A stretch of 15,944 nucleotides of DNA. It comes from a virus. Its lineage: Duplodnaviria; Heunggongvirae; Uroviricota; Caudoviricetes. The stretch is taken from IMG/VR virus record IMGVR_UViG_2713897073_000008, one strand, 5' to 3'. Under the pieces are notes generated by a model that searched no databases, was not told the DNA's origin, and saw only the letters and a list, made by a program, of their open reading frames with translations. A program made the position numbers and the translations under genes. The first letter of the stretch is position 1, and each line of letters opens with the position of its first letter. Positions 6,897 through 14,422 of this stretch are shown piece by piece.

Positions 6897-7946
6897 TTAC
6901 CCAAGCACGCCAGTTGCAAAGGCGTGATCAAGAAAACGAAAAATTAAATCAACCTGAGAACCATGCTTTTCTTCGAACGCCAGCGGATCCGCATGAAGCT
7001 CGTTGTGATGCTCCCGACACAGCGGTAGCGTGAAAATATCGTGAGATTTTGTCCCCATTCCGCCCTGACCATGACCAATCAGGTGATGGGGATCGTCGGC
7101 TGGCTTACCACAACACGCACACGGCTGTGTCTTCACCCAGCGAGTGTATTTCTCGTTAACCCAGCGGCGACGTTTAGGTCGTTTCATGAAAGATTCCGGA
7201 GACTCAGGATCAACGGCAATGCTGACCACCGTCTTTTCCTGTGGTGGGTTCTGTTGCTGGTGGGCGTGAGGCAGCGGCGCAAGATTTTTTGTGCGCTGTT
7301 TCAGTATGCTGGTGGCGGTCTGCTCTCCCGGTACGATGTCGCTTTCACGGTACATGGAGCGGATTTTTTCCACACGCAACCCCAGCGAACGACGTAATAC
7401 CGCTTCCGGTAGCGCGTCCGCCACCTGATTGCGGACCGCCCACCAGGATAATTCAGCCAGAGATAATTCACGCTCCTGCGTACCGCTTATTGCGTGACCG
7501 ATGACGTCAATCATCCATGCTGACAGGTTTTGATGAGCAAGTTGCTCGAGTGATTCGGATGTCTGGTCACGCAGCTGGTTGTCGCAGTGCCAGCACAACA
7601 CCATTGCGCCGGTACCATAACGGTGAATGACGGTTTCGCTGTGATGATAATCGCCGTGTGGCCACTGGCAGGATTTAATATGGCGCAACAGCCAGTCAGA
7701 CAATGCACCAGCACCACCAGCAGCACGAATCACCCGCTCATCGCTGAAAAATGGCAGTAATGATTTATCCTCCGCCAGCGGCTGGCGAACGGCAGGAACG
7801 ACCCCGGACGGCAGACCGCGCATGCTTTTTGGCTCCGGTTCAACCAGCACTCTGCCGTTATGGAATACCTGCATGGATTCACGACCTGGCTTAACGATAA
7901 CCACCCCAAGTTCCGGCACCAGAACAGGTCGAAGTAATACCCGCAC
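6897..7946 (-). CDS. Phage nin-region protein, DUF968/YdfU-like with C-terminal Cys/His-rich HNH-like motif (349 aa)
   Basis: C-terminus CACCGKPADDPHHLIGHGQGGMGTKSHDIFTLPLCREHHNELH (CxxC...HH...H...C..HH..H). Size and position upstream of rusA fit the DUF968 proteins of lambdoid prophages. Confidence 0.65.
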   Translation of the reverse strand: MRVLLRPVLVPELGVVIVKPGRESMQVFHNGRVLVEPEPKSMRGLPSGVVPAVRQPLAEDKSLLPFFSDERVIRAAGGAGALSDWLLRHIKSCQWPHGDYHHSETVIHRYGTGAMVLCWHCDNQLRDQTSESLEQLAHQNLSAWMIDVIGHAISGTQERELSLAELSWWAVRNQVADALPEAVLRRSLGLRVEKIRSMYRESDIVPGEQTATSILKQRTKNLAPLPHAHQQQNPPQEKTVVSIAVDPESPESFMKRPKRRRWVNEKYTRWVKTQPCACCGKPADDPHHLIGHGQGGMGTKSHDIFTLPLCREHHNELHADPLAFEEKHGSQVDLIFRFLDHAFATGVLG

Positions 7947-7947
7947 G

Positions 7948-8220
7948 TTACCTCCAGATGCGTTGCTGGAATGTGCGGGACGGACGCGGTGGGCGTTCGG
8001 AATAAGGGAGCCTGACAGAAATTATCCAGTGTCGGAAGTCAGGGCCGAGGTCTTTCTGAAAGTCGTACCCACGCCTGCGGTAGTTCTGAATCAGCCATTC
8101 GGCCTGTTCTTCAGTGCATGGGGCATGCTGGTACCAGTCATATTTGAATGTATGAGAACGCCGCCCGTGCCAGCTGGCAAGGTCGGTATCAGAATTGTGA
8201 TGTTTGGTATTGTGCGCCAT
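7948..8220 (-). CDS. Hypothetical phage protein (90 aa), nin region
   Basis: ORF whose stop overlaps the DUF968 start (ATGA). No motif recognised; start codon choice uncertain (weak SD). Confidence 0.45.
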   Translation of the reverse strand: MAHNTKHHNSDTDLASWHGRRSHTFKYDWYQHAPCTEEQAEWLIQNYRRRGYDFQKDLGPDFRHWIISVRLPYSERPPRPSRTFQQRIWR

Positions 8221-8295
8221 CGGTTTTCTCTGCTGGCGCAGCAGGTGCCAGTTGTTCAGGCTGGCCTGTAGATTGTAAACCAGAATACGTAAAAC

Positions 8296-8317
8296 AAAAA
8301 ACCCGCCGAAGCGGGTT
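8296..8317 (-). terminator. Intrinsic terminator (minus-strand sense) downstream of the HTH-peptidase gene; identical 22-mer to 10131..10152
   Basis: AAAAAACCCGCCGAAGCGGGTT on plus; on the minus strand CCCGC-UUCG-GCGGG followed by UUUUUUGUUUU. Confidence 0.5.
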
Positions 8318-8321
8318 ATGC

Positions 8322-9443
8322 CTAGTGAATTTTGCCTCTAAGAGTTCGGTAAGATTGTAGTGAAACAACATCACCACTTCCTGGCAGTTCATGAACCGCA
8401 GGAAGATCATCTCCTACTAACTCATAAAAAATGTCCACTTCTATATCCATTTCATCAGCTATACGCTGTGGGTCGTATCCTAACTCTTCAAATAAAAACG
8501 ATAAAGCCCGACGGAATAACTCAGGACGCTCATGAGGGATTAGATAATCTTCTTTTTCATCAATAGCTTCCCCTTTCCGTTTCAACCCCATAAATGCAGT
8601 TCTGTACTGCTCATCAGTCAAAAGTCCTAATTGATGAGCCCTGTAAACAATGGCAGCCTTACTTACTTTCCATGTCAACTTAAATTGGCTTAGTCCCTGC
8701 CAATTTATCCTCCCCCCCACAGGTCTTGGAAAATATTTCGCCATCGACGTTCTGGGAAGCAACAGAGCAGAGGCAAAACGGTTTGCCTGGGATTCAGTTA
8801 ATCTATCCCCAGTAGAAATTCCTTCATGAAGAATCAAATGGGCAACCTCATGAGCAATATCAAAGCGTTGCCTACAAGGTGAATTTTTAGCTGTATTTCG
8901 AACAATAAAAGGCCTTCGTAGAGGAACAGACAGTGCATCTACTTCATCCGAAACGGAGTCAAATGAAGTAACAAACGCCCCAAGTTTCTCGGCAAGGCGA
9001 GTCATATTTTCAATTGGGCCAAAGCCTAAGCCCCACTCAATACGACATTTTTCTGCCGCTCGCTCGATATCTTCTTGTGTATGGACACGAAATTCAGGAA
9101 ATCGAACAGGTGACAAATTAAGGTTATCTTCAAATACATCAATAAAACGACGATAAAACTCAGCCTTAGCGAGTGTTGATAGCTTCGTTGACATCCTTGT
9201 CGAGGCGCGTTTACGAAAATGTACAATCTCTTCATTAACAGGAGAATGTTCCTGCCCTTCGAAAAAGGCGGGCTTCACGCGCAAAACCTCGGCTAATTTA
9301 TTTATAAGCTCTGGGGATGGAGTAGCTGAACCAGACTCCAGTCGCTGTACATACTGGCGTGTTTTTTCAACCTTCTCAGCAACCTGCTCCAGAGATAGCT
9401 CGTGATACAGACGAGCAAGTCTTAAATTAGTACCGTTAAACAC
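8322..9443 (-). CDS. XRE-family HTH fused to ImmA/IrrE-type (HExxH) zinc metallopeptidase domain, 373 aa; RosmerTA RmrA-like candidate
   Basis: N-terminal HTH (LSLEQVAEKVEKTRQYVQRLESG) and central HEVAH zinc-binding motif in the context typical of the ImmA/IrrE (M78/DUF955) family. GTG start with GGGTGA upstream, 10 nt after the upstream gene stop. Confidence 0.75.
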   Translation of the reverse strand: MFNGTNLRLARLYHELSLEQVAEKVEKTRQYVQRLESGSATPSPELINKLAEVLRVKPAFFEGQEHSPVNEEIVHFRKRASTRMSTKLSTLAKAEFYRRFIDVFEDNLNLSPVRFPEFRVHTQEDIERAAEKCRIEWGLGFGPIENMTRLAEKLGAFVTSFDSVSDEVDALSVPLRRPFIVRNTAKNSPCRQRFDIAHEVAHLILHEGISTGDRLTESQANRFASALLLPRTSMAKYFPRPVGGRINWQGLSQFKLTWKVSKAAIVYRAHQLGLLTDEQYRTAFMGLKRKGEAIDEKEDYLIPHERPELFRRALSFLFEELGYDPQRIADEMDIEVDIFYELVGDDLPAVHELPGSGDVVSLQSYRTLRGKIH

Positions 9444-9453
9444 ATTTCACCCA

Positions 9454-10047
9454 CTATTTGCTATTTTGTTTCTTTTCCTTCTCAGTCTTAGACGCACTGA
9501 TAGGTTCTAGTTCGATAGGTACCGGTGCTGGAGGTACATCATCGACAGAGTTCAGCATAACAACACGGTCCGCACCATATGTCCAAGTTGACACGATCTC
9601 ACCAAACACGTTATAGCCATTAAAAATGACTCTACCACCCTCGCCTTCAAATTCAGGCTTTTCAACCACAAAGCGATGCATAGTTGGAGTAGTCTCCTCT
9701 GACTCAAAGAGTCGATCAGCATCATTTCTTTTGAAAAAACCGCGTTTCTTGGGGTTATCTGCGTCATCAGTAAAGAAACGAATAGGGACATTCCCAATTG
9801 AAAACGTAAGATCCATGCCAGGATTAAGTAGTCTTAACCAGTCATATGTCTTTCGTACGCACATTTGTAGCAACGCCTGCCGCTGACGCCCAAATGTACA
9901 ACCACCACGAGTGTAATTATCATCATAGGGCGATGACAATAACTCATGAGTAATATCCTGTATCCTGAGCAACTCCTCAGCTATAATGGTTAAACGCACC
10001 TCTGTTAACTCAGGAAAGAACTCCCAAGGGAATGGATGGTTCTGCAT
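9454..10047 (-). CDS. Hypothetical protein (197 aa from ATG 10047; ORF table extends to TTG 10095), upstream partner of the HTH-peptidase; candidate toxin/effector
   Basis: GGAG SD 9 nt upstream of ATG 10047. No TM segment and no recognisable motif. Visibly AT-rich, co-oriented and tightly linked with 8322..9443. Confidence 0.55.
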   Translation of the reverse strand: MQNHPFPWEFFPELTEVRLTIIAEELLRIQDITHELLSSPYDDNYTRGGCTFGRQRQALLQMCVRKTYDWLRLLNPGMDLTFSIGNVPIRFFTDDADNPKKRGFFKRNDADRLFESEETTPTMHRFVVEKPEFEGEGGRVIFNGYNVFGEIVSTWTYGADRVVMLNSVDDVPPAPVPIELEPISASKTEKEKKQNSK

Positions 10048-10082
10048 AGACACTTCTCCGCCTAATCCGTGCAAAAAACGAC

Positions 10083-10128
10083 TTTTGTCAACCAAGATAT
10101 TGGTGCATATTCATAATTTTGTCAACCA
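10083..10128 (-). promoter_or_regulatory. Two direct repeats of TGGTTGACAAAA (each containing a consensus -35 TTGACA) immediately upstream of the 197 aa gene; candidate promoter/operator
   Basis: Minus-strand TGGTTGACAAAA at 10128-10117 and 10094-10083, 34 bp apart, between the upstream terminator and the start codon. Confidence 0.3.
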
Positions 10129-10130
10129 AT

Positions 10131-10152
10131 AAAAAACCCGCCGAAGCGGGTT
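10131..10152 (-). terminator. Intrinsic terminator (minus-strand sense) upstream of the two-gene module; identical 22-mer to 8296..8317
   Basis: AAAAAACCCGCCGAAGCGGGTT; on the minus strand the hairpin is followed by UUUUUUAUU. Would insulate the module from transcription coming from the ParA-like gene. Confidence 0.5.
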
Positions 10153-10497
10153 AAGTGCGGGTGCGTTGAGGATGCCTGACACATCAGAGGTGGCGAGGGA
10201 TTTCTCCCTCGCCTGGTCTCTTACTCCTCAGGTTCGTAAGCTGTGAAGACAGCGACCTCCGTCTGGCCGGTTCGGATTCGTACCTCGCAGAGGTCTTTCC
10301 TCGTTATCAGTACCGCAACAATTTCGTATTCATGATTCATTTCATCTAAAACAGTTCATAAACCTAAATAAATTCAAAAAATCACAACACAAATAAATAT
10401 AAATTATCTCATCCTGAAGAACGATAGGATTATTTAGAATTAATAACAATTAATGTAACAATAATTATCAATCCAGATTATTCAAATAAAATGTCAT

Positions 10498-11544
10498 TTA
10501 CCATATGGAGTTGTGAATGAACTTTAATTCATTTTTTATTTTGTTAACAGATAAATTCACGGATGTCCTAACTCTATTCACAGTCATTGCATCTCCTGGA
10601 TTTAACAACTCTAATGGTTTAGACTTAGCACTTGACATTCTGCCACTACCCAGAAAATCATCAAGAATCACAATGTGATTATTAGGATCATCTGTTGTAA
10701 AATTACTAATATTTTGTCGAATTACCTCTCTTACAGCTTCGATGTACATTTTTGTCTGTTGATTTGGTTTATTCCTTGCTCCTGCCACTGTTGACCATCC
10801 GCAATGGGTAATAACCACCATCTGAATTTTTGGTGTATGGCCATCAGACGGCATTATCTTTCTAAATTCTGATGTTGGTTTAGTCAGAGTATCAATAAGT
10901 AATCTTAATGAATTAATCGATTGCTGATCTGTCCTCACTGGAACTATTAAAGCATCTGTTGCATGCCAAGATAAATGCGTCGCTCCAGAGAAAAAAGGTG
11001 ATGTATCAATTAACGCTTTTGTAGTACCAGTTTCAACCATTTCTCTGGCTATTTCTTTCTTCAGAGAAAAAAGAATTGTATCAATAACAACCTGCTGAGT
11101 AGCCCCAGAAATTGTTCTGGCTTGAGCCAGAGCATTCGCCATTTGCGTAGGTAGAAGATAAAGTTGACTATCAGATTGAATAAAATAGTTATTCTTGCCC
11201 GCAAACCAAGCATTAGTTGATGATACTAGCTTTGCAGCACGCGTTGCAAATCCAAGCCCTGGAACAAAATAAGGCATTAAGAGGTCATTTGCAGTTGTGC
11301 TAGACGAAGATGCATAATTATTGTCAAAAAAATATGATAAATTTCCTTGCGGGCACGTATCCACGATTAATGCGTTATCCGCCAAATATGACAGATTAAA
11401 AGTTAAAGATGTCTTACCAATGCCTCCCCGTAAATTACATACTGTATATTTATCATATTTCGGCAAATTAAGACTTCTTACATTACCGTCAGCAACTTCG
11501 AATTGACGCTCTATCAGAGCATTAACATTTGATTCACTAGTCAT
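10498..11544 (-). CDS. ParA/MinD-superfamily P-loop ATPase-like protein with degenerate signature residues (348 aa)
   Basis: Deviant Walker A-like NLRGGIGKTS (R in place of the signature K of KGGxGKT) followed about 20 aa later by ALIVDTCPQGN (ParA/Soj motif LLIDxDPQGN with D to C), and a later ALIDTSP hydrophobic-D motif. Very AT-rich gene with AT-rich flanks. Confidence 0.6.
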   Translation of the reverse strand: MTSESNVNALIERQFEVADGNVRSLNLPKYDKYTVCNLRGGIGKTSLTFNLSYLADNALIVDTCPQGNLSYFFDNNYASSSSTTANDLLMPYFVPGLGFATRAAKLVSSTNAWFAGKNNYFIQSDSQLYLLPTQMANALAQARTISGATQQVVIDTILFSLKKEIAREMVETGTTKALIDTSPFFSGATHLSWHATDALIVPVRTDQQSINSLRLLIDTLTKPTSEFRKIMPSDGHTPKIQMVVITHCGWSTVAGARNKPNQQTKMYIEAVREVIRQNISNFTTDDPNNHIVILDDFLGSGRMSSAKSKPLELLNPGDAMTVNRVRTSVNLSVNKIKNELKFIHNSIW

Positions 11545-11753
11545 ATCGCCACCATTAGTTTTACACTTTTATTGATGATATGGAAAACTAACCTAGTTGT
11601 CAACAATGGATTAAAAAACAAACACACAAGCGTTTATCAAAAGCACCTTGATTGGTGATACTACCGTGTCTTTCAGCCAAACAGTTCAGTATGTAAAGCG
11701 AATCCAACATCAATTAAGAACGTTTTCAGCGCTCCCCCAGTTGTCTAGATGTC

Positions 11754-11927
11754 AAACTTCATGCGCTCTCCTGTCGAAATAAACGTACTGATTAATCATG
11801 CCCAAGGACATTTCGCGTTTTACAGCGATATCACGGCGGGGAACTCCACACTGATGAAGCTTCCGCACTAGCTCAATATCGCTTTGCGGATGTTTTTTTG
11901 ATTGGTTATAACCCCCCCTCTTAACAT
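11754..11927 (-). pseudogene. Short HTH-like ORF (57 aa from ATG; frame open upstream to about 12018 without a start), probable remnant of a DNA-binding gene; contains a C7/G7 homopolymer
   Basis: Minus-strand translation ...SYAVRAKAQELGINRMLRGGGYNQSKKHPQSDIELVRKLHQCGVPRRDIAVKREMSLGMINQYVYFDRRAHEV*. The GVPRRDIAV...SLGMINQYV segment resembles the C-terminal HTH of serine recombinases or transposase OrfA proteins. Below the 60-aa ORF cutoff. Confidence 0.25.
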
Positions 11928-12028
11928 CCTATTGATACCCAGTTCCTGCGCTTTCGCTCTGACAGCATAACTAGAACGATCAATCAACCCTCCTATGCTT
12001 TCGGCCGTCAACGCGTCTACACAATTGC

Positions 12029-12484
12029 CTAAGCGCCATGATTTCCCTCATGCACAACCTGTTCACCGAATGTCTCTCGAAAACCATTCTGGTAAAATGC
12101 CAGTACACGCTGCATAGCTTCGCTCTTCCGGCACTCGCGACAGATTATGTTCTGACGCCTGTCGTAGCGACGTATTTCTCCGTCAGGTAATGACCAGATA
12201 AGGTCCGGATCAACCGCAGATGGTTTCTTCAGCTTTGCCCTTGAGAGCTTTTTACGGGCATTTTGCCAGTCCTTACGCGCCTGTTCAGACGGGAATAACC
12301 CGTAACCAGAGTTGTATACATCGCCACTGGCAACCAGCTCTCTGGCCAGAACGCTCATCAGATATCTTGTTGCCCCAGTTTTAGTTTCCAGTTGTCGTAA
12401 CGTCTCGCGCCCACTCTGGCGTACGAGTTCAACAACCTGCCCTTTAATTTTTTCCCGCTCTTCTTGTGTAAAAACTTTTGCCAC
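12029..12484 (-). CDS. Hypothetical phage protein (151 aa) in the replication module position downstream of the O-like gene
   Basis: ORF following the initiator gene. Basic, possible winged-helix-like segment (ETLRQLETKTGATRYLMSVLARELV), CxxC pair (CRECRK). No Walker motif, so not a DnaC-type loader. Confidence 0.5.
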   Translation of the reverse strand: MAKVFTQEEREKIKGQVVELVRQSGRETLRQLETKTGATRYLMSVLARELVASGDVYNSGYGLFPSEQARKDWQNARKKLSRAKLKKPSAVDPDLIWSLPDGEIRRYDRRQNIICRECRKSEAMQRVLAFYQNGFRETFGEQVVHEGNHGA

Positions 12485-12524
12485 AAGCCCTCCTGAAAAT
12501 TACCTCATGACCAGAAATTAACAC

Positions 12525-13601
12525 TTACCCCCTGAAGCCCGGCGGAATTTCGTTATCCGGTTCAGAAATATGATTCACACAACGCTGGTTGTTCGTGCCG
12601 CTTACCGGGAGCAACCAGGGGTTCTCAAAATTCCGGTCCGGTCCAAAAAACGTCGTCGCTCGCTGAACAAATTCCGTTCCCGTTTTCCCGGTAGCCGCCA
12701 AGTATCTTGCGTAACGCCTCACGCCATCCAGCATGGCCTCTGGTGGCACCCCCTCGCGTAATCTGGCCTTCCAGGCACTGAAAGCGGATTTCTTCGGGTT
12801 TGCCCCGGCACGCAACGGGTATTCCCGCCAGACCTGTTCGAACACATCAGGATAATCCACTCGTCCCACAGGCTGCCCGGTGTTTTCCGGGACTACCCGA
12901 TCGGCTTCCCGCTGAATGGCGGAATCGGCTTCAGGCTGCTGAAGTTGGTGTGATTGCTCCTGCCTTGCGGTCATCACCTGCTGCACAGCGCCCGAATCGG
13001 CTTTCAGCGCATACGCTGAATCGGCTTCCGGTGTCGTGCCTGCGGGCTGGCCAGGAGTGACGGTCTGAACATCCCCTGCCTGGTTCGTGGCGTTTTTTAC
13101 GCCATGGACCATAGTGTTTTGATCTTCTTGATCTGTATCTTTATCTGTATCTTTATCTGTCGTGACTCGTCGTGACATGTGCGTGACATTTCGTGACTCG
13201 CCGTGACAATCGCCATTTTGTTCCCGCTTTCTTTCCCTCTCTCGCTGCGCCCTCTTGCGCTCTGCCGGAGATTTTGCGGTTTGCGAAATATTGCCGTTGT
13301 CCTCTTTCAGCACCTGGCGTTTTTCCCATCCAGTGATTAAATCACCATCAAGTACCCGCCCCTGCATCGTCTGCAAAATTGAATCAATTACCTCTTCTGT
13401 CACGTCGAGCGCACTTGCCAAATCTTCTGTCGTGACATCAATGTGACCTCGCGTGACATTTCGTGACGCGCTCACCAGGAGGTGGATATACACTGCCATC
13501 ACTGTTGCAATTGGCTGCCCTGACACCCTGGCAATTGTTCGCCACTTAGGGTCATTTGGCATGTCATGCCATAATCTGAGCCAGGCGTTAGCCATACTCA
13601 C
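12525..13601 (-). CDS. Phage replication initiation protein (O-like / replisome organiser), 358 aa, containing ori-like iterons within its coding sequence
   Basis: Position after the Cro/CII-like genes. Low-complexity acidic/KDTD-repeat linker encoded by the iteron and AT-rich repeats. Lambda O similarly contains ori within the gene. Family assignment by synteny and architecture, not by alignment. Confidence 0.55.
   Translation of the reverse strand: MSMANAWLRLWHDMPNDPKWRTIARVSGQPIATVMAVYIHLLVSASRNVTRGHIDVTTEDLASALDVTEEVIDSILQTMQGRVLDGDLITGWEKRQVLKEDNGNISQTAKSPAERKRAQRERERKREQNGDCHGESRNVTHMSRRVTTDKDTDKDTDQEDQNTMVHGVKNATNQAGDVQTVTPGQPAGTTPEADSAYALKADSGAVQQVMTARQEQSHQLQQPEADSAIQREADRVVPENTGQPVGRVDYPDVFEQVWREYPLRAGANPKKSAFSAWKARLREGVPPEAMLDGVRRYARYLAATGKTGTEFVQRATTFFGPDRNFENPWLLPVSGTNNQRCVNHISEPDNEIPPGFRG
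13131..13207. repeat. Ori-like array: 12-bp tandem repeat ATCTGTATCTTT x2.5 followed by five CGTGAC iterons at about 10-bp (one helical turn) spacing
   Basis: CGTGAC at 13161, 13171, 13182, 13192 and 13202. Adjacent A/T-rich 12-mer tandem at 13131-13160. Confidence 0.6.
13399..13467. repeat. Second cluster of CGTGAC / GTCACG iteron-like repeats inside the initiator gene
   Basis: GTCACG at 13399; CGTGAC at 13431, 13452 and 13462; TGTGAC at 13442. TCTGTCGTGAC is shared with the first array. Confidence 0.5.
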
Positions 13602-13666
13602 CTCTTTTGATACCGAATCTTTTTACTCACAAATTGCCGGAAGTGATCCGGTATGAATATTGCGAG

Positions 13667-14092
13667 TCAATGCACAGCCACAATATTTCCTGCAGGGCCA
13701 CCACGATTCATCTGGTTGAAACCAGCGATCGCCACTGCGACAAAATCATCAGCGTCTCTCACCAGTCGTTCCCGCGTCTCCACTAGTTCCCGAAAATACG
13801 CTGAGCTATGACTGCGCATTCGGGCCACCAGCAGAGGTGGCATTGCTTTTTCGATAGCTGGTAACAACGCCTGAATTTTTTTAACCGCATCAGGGGTGTC
13901 TTTCTCCACCCAGCGGAAAATTTTCTGAGTATTGCGAGCCAGGGCTTCCGGATGGCTGTCGTCATACAGTTCCGGGAACGTCATTCCCAGCTCGAAATAC
14001 GCTTTGGTAATTTTCGCAGCCGGTACTTTTTCGCCGTCCGGATGCGCCCAGGCATTCATCGCCATGCGGATGTGTTCATGCTTGATTTTCAT
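13667..14092 (-). CDS. YdaT-like / CII-like phage regulatory protein (141 aa)
   Basis: Second gene of the rightward operon after the Cro-like HTH, overlapping its stop (ATGA). Size and position match Rac YdaT (about 140 aa) and CII-type regulators. No alignment performed. Confidence 0.5.
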   Translation of the reverse strand: MKIKHEHIRMAMNAWAHPDGEKVPAAKITKAYFELGMTFPELYDDSHPEALARNTQKIFRWVEKDTPDAVKKIQALLPAIEKAMPPLLVARMRSHSSAYFRELVETRERLVRDADDFVAVAIAGFNQMNRGGPAGNIVAVH

Positions 14093-14343
14093 GAATCAAC
14101 TCCCATCAGCTTTTTCGTAGTAGTTTTATTCCTGCCAATAGTTAAAATTGCATCGGCAGAAAATAATCCGTTTGATGCAAGAGCGATTTTTTCAGCGTAA
14201 TTTGTTTCGCCGGTATATTCTGTGCGAGGCAATTTTCCGTTATCCATCCATTTATAGATTGCTCTTTGGCTGACACCACAAACGTCGGCCACAACAGCAA
14301 CGCGAACAGTTTTGATTACATCTTCAAGTGTTTTCTGGTTCAT
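14089..14343 (-). CDS. Cro/YdaS-like HTH DNA-binding protein (84 aa from ATG 14343; the longer ORF to 14415 is rejected)
   Basis: GAGGGTG SD immediately upstream of ATG 14343. HTH segment VADVCGVSQRAIYKWMDNGKLP. Divergent from the repressor gene across a 79-bp operator region. Confidence 0.65.
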   Translation of the reverse strand: MNQKTLEDVIKTVRVAVVADVCGVSQRAIYKWMDNGKLPRTEYTGETNYAEKIALASNGLFSADAILTIGRNKTTTKKLMGVDS

Positions 14344-14422
14344 ATCACCCTCACAATGTGAACTTTGAGTACATGCCATAACAGAACTGACAGTACATTC
14401 AAGAGCGAATATCATTGAACTT
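14344..14422. promoter_or_regulatory. Divergent promoter/operator region between Cro-like and repressor genes, with two AGTACAT heptamers 24 bp apart
   Basis: AGTACAT at 14368-14374 and 14392-14398. The repressor ATG has no SD, consistent with a leaderless PRM-type transcript. Confidence 0.4.

Noticed and set aside
14344-14415. N-terminal extension of the Cro-like ORF (108 aa version starting at 14415)
   Set aside because: The extension would consume the whole divergent promoter/operator region and has no SD, whereas ATG 14343 has GAGGGTG directly upstream.
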